From: Macrostomum lignano | Lineage: Eukaryota | Direction of reading: 5' to 3' | DNA length: 64,000 nt | NCBI GenBank assembly: GCA_002269645.1 | Contig: NIVC01002656.1 | Span: 1 to 64,000 of the forward strand | In this document: positions 12,588 through 23,800 of the stretch, piece by piece | Position numbering within the stretch: the first letter of the stretch is position 1 | How the letters are laid out: every line of letters starts with the position of its first letter | Notes under the pieces: model-generated | The model's input: the letters and a program-made list of their open reading frames with translations, nothing else | Told to the model about the DNA's origin: nothing | The model's database searches: none | Position numbers and translations under genes: made by a program

Positions 12588-14376
12588 ATGCAGATGTCCT
12601 TAGCCACAAGCACTGCTGTCTTGCTGATAAGCGCTGCCATTTTGGCCAACTTCTTTACACACGTGGAGTCCCGTAAGTTGACAACTCAAGATGTTTTCTT
12701 GTGTGTTGCTTTTACTGCCGAATTTCAGATGATGTCAATCCTACATTGAATTAATTATCTGTCATAAGTCCACCTAGGAAAAAACATACAAGTTAAGTAA
12801 CTATTTTGTTAAATTTAGCTTAAAATTCTTTAGCGAGGAATTGGGGGTCCGTAGGGAATAGCTGAGATGTCAAGACTCAGAGTATGATTGCTGAAATGCT
12901 GTGGCTCAAGACTCCTGGAAGAATCGCTTCAATTCCAAAGCCCAAAAGGGGGTGCTGTCATGCTGATATCAACTAACAATAGTAACTGTAAAAGGTCAAA
13001 AGCCGCATGTTCTAGTTTATTCAAAAAATTGATTCCTTACCTTTTGCTTCCCCCAATGAGGGGCGAAGATTGCTAGTCCTATATACTAAATATAGTCCTT
13101 ATGTATATCCTTAATGTATCTTCTCCAACGGGTTTTTCTTGACCAAACCTTATGCAGCGCACTATCAAAAATGAAATATTTGCGAAATCTGCTTCATTAC
13201 TCTTCATTTAGTCTTCTTTTCAATTTTGTCGTCATTGGAAATAAGCATCGAAAAGCACACATTTGGTTTGTTTTCAAAATAACAAAAACTATCTGGGAAT
13301 TCAAAATGCATAAATCTCGAGGATTAATTGCTCAAAAGTTGAGAAAGTTCCACCTCGAGAATGCATTTTGAACCGAAACTGGTTTTCAGTGAAAGTTTCT
13401 TGTGCGAGTGTAGCACATTTCTAATTGTGCAGTTCGATATTTCTCCTATCGCTGTCAGAGTGCTACATATTTTACCTATAATGCGTTTACTTTAACAACA
13501 TATCACCATCTATCAATACACCCAGTTCGCAAAAAAAATTGTCAAAACAATTTCAGTCATGATCAGCAAAAAATGTAAGTCTTTTCTTCTTTAAAATTAT
13601 TCTGCAAATACGTGCACTCGTGGTATAGGCGTTGCTGCATTTGCAAGCCGCGCAATATCCCCCATTCTGACAATAAAGTTTTTGCCATAGACTACGATGC
13701 GGAGGGGCAAAGGAGCTCAACGTTGAACGCGTCTGACTCCTTCGCCACGAACGTGGAGGAAGGAATAGAATGGAGTGCTAATCTGTGCCAGTTATTTTTG
13801 TCTCGCTCGATCGACCTTCACTTTTTTAGCATCCCTTTCCTCCCGTTCCTTCCTATTGGCTACATTTATACATTTCAGAGGTAAATGTATGTCCCACAAC
13901 GGCAACGTCTGCACAGAAAATGAGTGCTTATATTATTTAATTGCTTTACCTAATTGCTCTGATGTGACTTTAGACTGAGACCTACTCACATTGCCGGTAG
14001 AGAGTAGTGGGCAACGCAGCGTGTTGGCACTTTTAACTGTATTATTTTCAGTCGTCTCATGCATTTTTCAGACGAGTACCAAGGTTGCTTCGTACATGCC
14101 CGAGAAGCACAAGCAATACCGTTAGGGCACAAAGTGGACAACTCGTCCAAAATGACTGCGGACGTCTGCGCTGAGGACTGCAGCTGGAATGACTACGCTT
14201 ACTTCGGGCTAAAGTCCGGTTCAGAGTGCTGGTGCGGCAACCGAATTAACTCAATCAAAATTTCATTCAACTTTTGCAACAGGATTTGCAATGGCAACTT
14301 CCAAGAAACATGCGGCGGGAGCAGTCATGTGCAAATTTACAAGGGAGTCAGTCTTGCCAGCTTGAAGAAAAAGTAA
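12588..14376 (+). CDS. Small secreted WSC-domain protein; join(12588-12672,14072-14376), 129 aa if it ends at the TAA
   Basis: Signal exon MQMSLATSTAVLLISAAILANFFTHVES with a phase-1 gtaagt donor. A phase-1 acceptor (tttttcag|14072) opens YQGCF...MTADVCAEDC...YAYFGLKSGSECWCGN...CNRICNGNFQETCGG, a complete WSC cysteine pattern. A gtaagt at 14373 could indicate a further exon. Confidence 0.8.
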
Positions 14377-14391
14377 GTCGCGTGCCATTGT

Positions 14392-14995
14392 TGAAACACC
14401 TCTCTACTACAGCACTCCACTACAGCAACTCTCCACTACAGCACTCCACTACAGCATTACTCCACTACAGCACTCCACTACAGCACCTCTCCACTACAGC
14501 ACTCCACTACAGCACCTCTCCACTACAGCACTCCACTACAGCATTACTCCACTAGAGCACTCCACTACAGCACTCCACTACAGCATTACTCCGCTACAGC
14601 ATTACTCCACTACAGCATTACTCCACTACAGCATTCCACTACAGCACTCCACTACAGCATTACTCCACTACAGCATTCCACTAAAGCTTTACTCCACTAC
14701 AGCATTCCACTACAGCACTCCACTACAGCATTACTCCACTACAGCATTCCACTACAGCACTCCACTACAGCATTACTCCCCTACAGCATTTCACTACAGC
14801 ACTCCACTACAGCATTCCACTACAGCACTCCACTACAGCATTACTCCCCTACAGCATTTCACTACAGCACTCCACTACAGCATTCCACTACAGCACTCCA
14901 CTACAGCACTCCACTACAGCATTACTCCACTACAGCATTACTCCAATACAGCATTACTCCACTACAGCATTTCACTACAGCACAACTCCACTCCA
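14392..14995. repeat. 13-16-bp minisatellite (ctccactacagca[tta])n
   Basis: Directly visible. Confidence 0.9.
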
Positions 14996-15357
14996 CCACT
15001 CCACTAGTCAAGGACGGCTCCAACAAGATCCTACTGGACCAGGCTGCCAATAATGCGGCCGTACATAAGAGATTGTGGGCCAGTAGCTGCAACAACCAAT
15101 GTTCATCTAACTTTTTCAGACTGCATATTAATGACACAAAATGTTTCGGAATGCTCGTGTTTGAAATATTGCTCTCTGATCAATCTAATAACCCAAAGCT
15201 GCATTCATGATGTGAGAGCCGATAAAGCCACAAATAAACTGATTTCGTGCAATCTCAGCCTTTCCTTTTTCCGTTAAAATTTCTTTGACAAACTCTCGGC
15301 TGATGCTGAGACAGCATGTCATTACTGTGTATTGAATTGCTCGCATTTAGGAGCTAA

Positions 15358-15520
15358 ATACAGATGAATAACATATCTAACAGCTGAATAGCATATCTAA
15401 CAGATGAATAACATATCTAACAGCTGAATAGCATATCTAACAGATGAATAACATATCTAACAGATGAATAGCATCTCTAACAGCTGAATAACAGATCTAA
15501 CAACAGAATAACATATCAAA
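15358..15520. repeat. 20-bp minisatellite (aacagatgaataacatatct)n
   Basis: About 7-8 units visible. Confidence 0.85.
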
Positions 15521-15689
15521 TAAAAATACGCTCGTACGCATCAAAATCAAAACAGAAGAAGAACAATAAGTAATATTGTGGGTTTTTATTGGATTAATAG
15601 AAAAAAGTGGATGAAGGCCAGATTTTGCGGTTTTTACATCTGTTCATTAGGGCAGGTGTAATCAATTATTGTTATTATTTACATTGATA

Positions 15690-16713
15690 TAGTGCCTTAG
15701 TGTACTAGTGCCTTAGTGTACTAGTGCCTTAGTGTACTAATGCCTTAGTGTACTAGTGCCTTAGTGTACTAGTGCCTTAGTGTACTAGTGCCTTAGTGTA
15801 CTAGTGCCTTAGTGTACTAGTGCCTTAGTGTAATAGTGCCTTAGTGTACTAGTGCCTTAGTGTACTAGTGCCTTAGTGTACTAGTGCCTTAGTGTACTAG
15901 TGCCTTAGTGTACTAGTGCCTTAGTGTACTAGTGCCTTAGTGTACTAGTGCCTTAGTGTACTAGTGCCTTAGTGTACTAGTGCCTTAGTGTACTAGTGCC
16001 TTAGTGTAATAGTGCCTTAGTGTACTAGTGCCTTAGTGTACTAGTGCCTTAGTGTACTAGTGCCTTAGTGTACTAGTGCCTTAGTGTACTAGTGCCTTAG
16101 TGTACTAGTGCCTTAGTGTACTAGTGCCTTAGTGTACTAGTGCCTTAGTGTACTAGTGCCTTAGTGTACTAGTGCCTTAGTGTACTAGTGCCTTAGTGTA
16201 ATAGTGCCTTAGTGTACTAGTGCCTTAGTGTACTAGTGCCTTAGTGTACTAGTGCCTTAGTGTACTAGTGCCTTAGTGTACTAGTGCCTTAGTGTACTAG
16301 TGCCTTAATGTACTAGTGCCTTAGTGTAATAGTGCCTTAGTGTACTAGTGCCTTAGTGTACTAGTGCCTTAGTGTAATAGTGCCTTAGTGTACTAGTGCC
16401 TTAGTGTACTAGTGCCTTAGTGTACTAGTGCCTTAGTGTACTAGTGCCTTAGTGTACTAGTGCCTTAGTGTACTAGTGCCTTAGTGTACTAGTGCCTTAG
16501 TGTACTAGTGCCTTAGTGTACTAGTGCCTTAGTGTACTAGTGCCTTAGTGTAATAGTGCCTTAGTGTACTAGTGCCTTAGTGTACTAGTGCCTTAGTGTA
16601 CTAGTGCCTTAGTGTACTAGTGCCTTAGTGTACTAGTGCCTTAGTGTACTAGTGCCTTCGTGTACTAGTGCCTTAGTGTACTAGTGCCTTAGTGTACTAG
16701 TAGTGCCTTAGTG
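15690..16713. repeat. 16-bp minisatellite (tagtgccttagtgtac)n, highly homogeneous
   Basis: About 60 near-identical units. Confidence 0.95.
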
Positions 16714-17270
16714 CTTTACTGATAAGTCGTACACGCTGACAGACCCGCTCGAACAGCAAGCTGACGTGGGAGCGCACTGGCCTACTGCTACCTTCAAGAT
16801 AATCGCCGATCGATTCACTATCGCGGCACTGCAACGCCGCCCTGGCCTTGGTCCAACCAAACGACCTGTTGCACCGTCAGGAACTCCAGCTGGAAGCACG
16901 CATCATCCGCTCTGAGTCTGCCCTTACCAGAGTTCGACCACCCGCTGATTCAACAATGCCTGTAGCGGCCAATTTTTTCCGAACATTCGAAAAAGTTGTT
17001 CAGTAGTGACTACTTACAGTAACTTGCTCGCGTGCATACAATTTTATTGAGAAAAATTCAATCAAAACAGATGGAACGCGCGCTCTTCAAGTGTTACAGA
17101 AACTCCAGGCAAAAACGGAAAATTTGTGGCGTTGATTTTATTTTTATTTTACAAATTCGCGAAACTTTCAGCGCCGACTGGAGACACGTACGAGTTCCGT
17201 TAGTTTTTTTTGAAGAGAAAAAAAAAACTATTTTTAAATGGTGTTTGAATGTTCCAAACGCAACGGTTTT

Positions 17271-17684
17271 TCATTCGATCTCGTTGACATTTTTCACGAT
17301 CCAGTCTACCAGTCGCTGTTTGATGCTATCGTAGCTCATGTTCTCAAAGTTCAGGTCGAGTCGCAGCGGCTCGTACTCAAAACCGGACGGTGCCCACATC
17401 TGCACGTAGGGCACGGTGACTACGTCCTTCACCTCGGGTATGTTTGGCCGCTGACATTTTGACGTGTCAAGTGCAGACATTCGGATGGCCAGCTTGGCGT
17501 TAACCAGGCCCTTGGACTTCCACTGGCCTAATGACCATCTGCTCAGATCGTCGAAAATCGGTATGAGCTTACTCTGACAGATCTGGCAGGTCTGGGCGCT
17601 GTAGAGCAGCACCTCGACTCGCTGGCTTCTGTACTTGTAGCGCACAATCTCCTCTGCGCTGATCCAGGCTAGCGAGGCAGCCAT
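17271..17684 (-). CDS. Thioredoxin-fold protein with a CQIC motif, 137 aa
   Basis: gtcATGg start. VEVLLYSAQTCQICQSKLIPIFDDLS parallels Trx/PDI VxFYApWCxxCk.l.P.f; a VTVPYV cis-Pro-like segment follows. Confidence 0.65.
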   Translation of the reverse strand: MAASLAWISAEEIVRYKYRSQRVEVLLYSAQTCQICQSKLIPIFDDLSRWSLGQWKSKGLVNAKLAIRMSALDTSKCQRPNIPEVKDVVTVPYVQMWAPSGFEYEPLRLDLNFENMSYDSIKQRLVDWIVKNVNEIE

Positions 17685-18709
17685 GACTGCTGGCCGGCTT
17701 CCTTGACAAATCGGTCAATTGATAACTCTTGCTTAGCGCATGACTGGATGGATTATAATTAAATGCTTACTAGTAGCTCCTACTAGAACTGGCCATAGAC
17801 TATACACGAGTTCGAGTTGAAGGCGAGATGGGTTAAGTGCCAGGGGCTATTTTTAGAACCCGCTTAGCAACTAAAACAATAGGGGGAATATGCTATACGA
17901 GTAATAGAATTAGAGTTGAGTTGAATATTCGGCGAGTCGGGTTGTTGGATACAAAAGCGGGCCTTCTCTATTGACTATTGTCTCTCCTCTATTTGCTCAT
18001 ATATTGCGACATTCATATTGATAGTTTATACAGTATCAATTATTCAATTAATAAAGAAACTCAGAAAAATGGTTTAACTTGTATACATTGTATGAAATTA
18101 TCGTTGAAAAAAAACTTTTTTTTCAGTACAAATTGCTTCGAGCGGTATCTCAGTTTTAATCAGTCTAATATTTCACAGCTACGCTACACACGGTGGGAAG
18201 ACGACAGACACAAGGGAAGAAGCGCGTGAGCCTCCGGACAGTTGCAGCAAATAAGTTAAGCCCAGCTTTCTTATCTATACGTTGGATTTAATTCCTGCAA
18301 ACGCTTTTGCTGTCCATGAATAACAGATAAAAGCTGCTGTTTAAAGGAATGGAGGGGGTATATTGCAGTGTGGACGCTTAACTCTATATTTGCAAACAAA
18401 TTACACTATGGTTAATATCTCTGTGTCCCATGTATATCCTGCCCTGATAAGGATAAACGCGAATTTCTGGGCTGCCTAATGTAATGAGTAGGGAAGAGGA
18501 GTTGTTTAGATAATAACTGAAGTCTCCATGAAATCTCCTGAAATAACCCAGATATGATCGAGAGGTTTGGTAGTTTGAGTTGAGGGAGAAATTTACACAA
18601 GTTTCTGTTCGGTGTTGAGCCTCTGGGATTCATAAAGGTTTCATGGAAAAAATATTTTCAATTTGAACTCAAAGCTTGATCTTTTTTAACTCGGTTCATA
18701 AATATTGTA

Positions 18710-19100
18710 TCTTCGCGTATTGGTGTATTAGATTACGAGCGTATTAGTGTCTTTGTTTATTTGTGTATTAGTGTGTTAGCGTATTGGTGTATTAGATTAC
18801 GAGCGTATTAGTGTCTTTGTTTATTAGTGTATTAGTGTGTTAGCGTATTGGTTATTAGATTATTAGTGTCTTAGTTTATTAGTTTATTAGTGTGTTAGTG
18901 TAATTAATTCATTTGTGTATTAGTATATTAGTACATTAGCGTATTAGTATATAAGTATATAAGTATATTATTGTTTTAGTTGATTAGTATATTAGTGTAC
19001 TAGTGTATTAGTGTACTAGTGTATTAGTGTACTAGTGTATTAGTGTATTAGTGTATTAGTGTAGTACTGTATTAGTATATTAGTGTATGTTAGTGCAATT
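18710..19100. repeat. Degenerate (tattagtg)-type low-complexity array
   Basis: Directly visible. Confidence 0.8.
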
Positions 19101-19293
19101 AGCTCAATTAAGTGTATAATTTATTTAGGCTTCTAAAATGAGACCCGACAAAGTTTTTGTAGATACAAAACAAGCCTTGCAAATCTAAAGCGCGCAAAAC
19201 TGAAAAACAGCTCGAAGTACTTGGATTCGCTGAGGATACGAAGTTTTGCACTCTTAGCACACACGCTCACACAGTAGTGCATTAGTGGGGTCG

Positions 19294-19866
19294 CCATCAT
19301 AAACCCGAAATATCATAACACCGATAACCGAAATAGTGTCATGGACATTGCTAGAACTTTCTGAGTTATAATATTTCGGGTTTAGGATATTTCGGTTTGT
19401 GATATTTCGGGTTTATGATATTTCGGGTGTATGATATTTCGGGTTTTTGATACTTCGGGTTTATGATATTTCGGGTTTATGATATTTCGGGTGTATGATA
19501 TTTCGGGTTTTTGATACTTCGGGTTTATGATATTTTGGGTTTATGATATTTCGGTTTATTATATTTCGGGTTTATGATATTTCGGTTTATTATATTTCGA
19601 GTTTATGATATTTCGGGTGTATGATATTTCGGGTGTATGATATTTCGGGTTTATGATATTTCGGGTTTATGATATTTCGGGTTTATGATATTTCGGGTTT
19701 ATGATATTTCGGGTGTATGATATTTCGGGTTTTTGATATTTCGGGTTTATGATATTTTGGGTTTATGATATTTCGGTTGATTATATTTCGGGTTTATGAT
19801 ATTTCGTGTTTATGATATTTCGGGTGTATGATGTTTCGGGTGTATGATATTTCGGGTTTATGATGG
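19294..19866. mobile_element. Foldback/MITE-like element made of 16-bp repeats (gatatttcgggtttat) with inverted ends
   Basis: The left end ccatcataaacccgaaatatcata is the reverse complement of the right end tatgatatttcgggtttatgatgg. The right arm is expanded to about 30 units. No TSD recognised. Confidence 0.55.
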
Positions 19867-20574
19867 AAAGCGCTTTTCGGGATTGTGATGCCCCCCCCCC
19901 TCCCTGAAATGGGGTTGGCCCTCTGGGATGAGAATTTCCCAAAATGAAATGTGACCACGCGCGCGGAATGGAACCAGGGGACAACGTAATTGTTCACCTT
20001 TGAGCTGCCGATGTTTTCCACTTTTAGCTGGTCTTTACCAAAGTTGGCATAGTAATGTGTGCAAGACTCCCAGTGCTTGCAGAAATTTTTCCACTTGACT
20101 GACCAGCTGACCACTTTGACCTTCTCTAGTCAACCTTCTCTGCTGCCCAAAACAAACTATGCAGGCCTACCGTGGCTTAAGTGAAAGAGGAACCTAAATA
20201 TAGCCAAGATAAACGTTTTTTCTTTTGCAGAAAGTATACTGTGTTGAGCTTTCGTGAGCTAATATAATTACTAAGTATAGCTTAAATAAAGATATGGACA
20301 ATGCAGGAAACTTTTAAGGACTACGAGTGTACAGGAAATCTTACATCATGTATTGCAAATACTTTAACAAAAAATATAAAGTACAGATGGCAGTTGTCAA
20401 GGATGGTCAATGCTTTAAATAGTACGTTTTTAACTTTGCTTTGAGGAACCGGATGAAAAACCTGAACGATACTATGAAATACAAAATGGCAAAATTGTGT
20501 ATTGCTGGAGCCAAACTACATTAACAAACATTAACAAAATATCTGGAATGGCACGTTCAAGATCCGGATTTGCT

Positions 20575-20790
20575 CATTCACGATCCGATCCTAAATTGCC
20601 ATTCACGATCCTAGATTGCCATTCACGATCCTAGATTTCCATTCACGATCCTAGATTTCCATTCACGATCCTAAATTGCCATTCACGATCCTAGATTGCC
20701 ATTCACGATCCTAGATTTCCATTCACGATCCTAAATTGCTCATTCACAATCCTAAAATTTCATTCACGATCCTAGATTGCCATTCACGAT
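20575..20790. repeat. 20-bp minisatellite (ttcacgatcctagattgcca)n
   Basis: Directly visible. Confidence 0.9.
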
Positions 20791-20839
20791 TAAGTCTTTC
20801 AATACAAATAATTTTCTAACGCGCATAAAAAATGAGGCA

Positions 20840-23800
20840 TCACTGCTGCTGCGACTCCAAAAAAGTGTTTCCAATTCCATCAGTCAGCCAGTCGCCGTCG
20901 CCGCACGTTTCACCGACGGCAAGGACGCACGGCGTCCAAAGCGTCGCTCGGACGCGACGACCACGACGTCGACGCAAGCGCCGCTGGCGTTGAGCATTTG
21001 AGTGCTGTTGCTGCTGCTGCTGCTGCCTCTCCTCTTGCTGCTGATGAAGCAGAAACTCGTCCATGAGAGCGTCCGCGGCGCCGCGTCCTCCACCATCCAG
21101 TAGTTGCTGTTCGACGTCCTCAGCCTCGTCCTCGTCGGTGTCCACGGTGGGGCACCGGATTCGACACTCCGGATCGAGCGCCTGCCGCTCGTCTCGCCAG
21201 GCCAGGGAGTGGCCCCACACCTGCAGGCCGGGACTCTGGGCTGCCGCAGATTCAGCCGCCCAGCAGGGGCTGGCGAGGACACGGGTTCGAATCTCCGATT
21301 GAGGCGTCGAGGTTGCGTCGAGCGAACCGGCTGAGGCTGTATCGGAATGACAGAATGAGATTCTGAATGAATGAGAGCGAGTCACTCTTTAACAGCTATT
21401 CGTATCACTTTCCGCTCGCTCATCCACCCTCTCACCTTCTCCCCATCTCACACTCTCCCCATCTCACCCTCTCCCCATCTCACCCTCTCCCCATCTCACC
21501 CCTCCCCATCTCACCCTCTCCCCATCTCACCCTCTCCCCATCTCACCCCTCCCCATCTCACCCTCTCCCCATCTCACCCCCTCCCCATCTCACCCTCTCC
21601 CCATCTCACCCCCTCCCCATCTCACACTCTCCCCATCTCACCCCCTCCCCATCTCACCATCTCCCCATCTCACCCCCTCCCCATCTCACCCCCTCCCCAT
21701 CTCACCCTCTCCCCATCTCACCCCCTCCCCATCTCACCCCTCCCCATCTCACCCTCTCCCCATCTCACCCCCTCCCCATCTCACCCTCTCCCCATCTCAC
21801 CCCCTCCCCATCTCACCCTCTCCCCATCTCACCCCCTCCCCATCTCACCATCTCCCCATCTCACCCCCTCCCCATCTCACCCTCTCCCTATCTCACCCCC
21901 TCCCCATCTCACCATCTCCCCATCTCACCCCCTCCCCATCTCACCCCTCCCCATCTCACCATCTCCCCATCTCACCCCCTCCCCATCTCACCCTCTCCCC
22001 ATCTCACCATCTCCCCATCTCACCATCTCACACTCTCCCCATCTCACCCTCTCCCCATCTCACCCCCTCCCCATCTCACACTCTCCCCATCTCACTATCT
22101 CCCCATCTCACCATCTCACACTCTCCCCATCTCACACTCTCCCCATCTCACACTCTCCCCATCTCCCCATCTCACACTCTCCCCATCTCACACTCTCCCC
22201 ATCTCCCCATCTCACACTCTCCCCATCTCCCCATCTCACACTCTCCCCATCTCCCCATCTCACACTCTCCCCATCTCCCCATCTCACACTCTCCCCATCT
22301 CACACTCTCCCCATCTCACACTCTCCCCATCTCCCCATCTCACCATCTCCCCATCTCACCCTCTCCCCATCTCACACTCTCCCCATCTCCCCATCTCCCC
22401 ATCTCCCCATCTCACCATCTCCCCATCTCACCATCTCCCCATCTCACCCCCTCCCCATCTCACCATCTCACACTCTCCCCATCTCACCCTCTCCCCATCT
22501 CACCCCCTCCCCATCTCACACTCTCCCCATCTCACCATCTCCCCATCTCACCATCTCACACTCTCCCCATCTCACACTCTCCCCATCTCACACTCTCCCC
22601 ATCTCACACTCTCCCCATCTCACACTCTCCCCATCTCCCCATCTCACACTCTCCCCATCTCACACTCTCCCCATCTCACACTCTCCCCATCTCACACTCT
22701 CCCCATCTCACACTCTCCCCATCTCACACTCTCCCCATCTCCCCATCTCACCCCCTCCCCATCTCACCCTCTCCCCATCTCACACTCTCCCCATCTCCCC
22801 ATCTCACCATCTCCCCATCTCACCATCTCCCCATCTCACCCTCTCCCCATCTCACCCTCTCCCCATCTCACCCTCTCCCCATCTCCCCATCTCACCATCT
22901 CCCCATCTCACCATCTCCCCATCTCACCCTCTCCCCATCTCCCCATCTCACCATCTCCCCATCTCACCCTCTCCCCATCTCACCCTCTCCCCATCTCACC
23001 CTCTCCCCATCTCACACTCTCCCTATCTCACTCTCTCACCGTCGCACCCTCTCTCACTCTGTCATAACCTCTAATCTATTCTTCAATCAATCATATTTTC
23101 CTATAAAACCCAACAAATACGGTTTTATAGATAGCCCTTGAAACTATTAATGTAGGGACCCGAGCCGATTTTAAGACACCTAAAAATTTATATATCCACA
23201 CGAAGAATCACGGAGCTCTTAGGAGGGAGGCCCAGTCAATCATGCTGAGAGATAATTACTAATGTTCAATTTACACCCCTATATATAGAGAATAGCCTAT
23301 ATATGAGTCAACACAGTTATAACAATCTCACCAAGAAAGACTTAAGAGTTAAAATCCTCATCAATAAACACCCTATACTCAAAGCTGCACATCCTTTAAA
23401 TATTTTAGAGTCCGAATTTCGAATAATAAGTGCCTGTGTCTATTAGCTGACTTCCTAAAATCCTTTAATCTAACCAAGACTCAAGCTTAGCTCAACACAC
23501 ACGCAGTTCTGCAGCTTGAATTTAATCTGTGTCTGAAACTCTGAAGGTTTCTCTACATACTCGTATAGATTTATACAAGTGAATTATTTGATTTTGGGCA
23601 CAGAGACAGGCGGCTGAATCTATTTATTCATTTATGGCTACTCATGCTGGACTGCTTGGCGCCTTATTTGACTCATCCTGCTTGGCGCCTCATTTGACTC
23701 ATCCTGCATGCTTGGCGCCTCATTTGACTCATCCTGCATGCTTGGCGCCTCATTTGACTCATCCTGCATGCTTGGCGCCTCATTTGACTCATCCTGCTTG

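Noticed and set aside
14995-15210. Possible additional WSC-gene exon after the ctccactacagca array
   Set aside because: The frame and phase cannot be fixed and no motif is recognisable.
16720-16990. GC-rich coding-like stretch after the 16-mer array
   Set aside because: No single consistent frame, no recognisable domain, and ambiguous splice sites.
18412-18640. Possible degraded LINE 3' end (RRFHGDF-like)
   Set aside because: Similarity is too weak to call by eye.
21367-23074. 566-567-aa Pro/Ser/His ORFs
   Set aside because: Antisense translations of the PTF1A intronic array.
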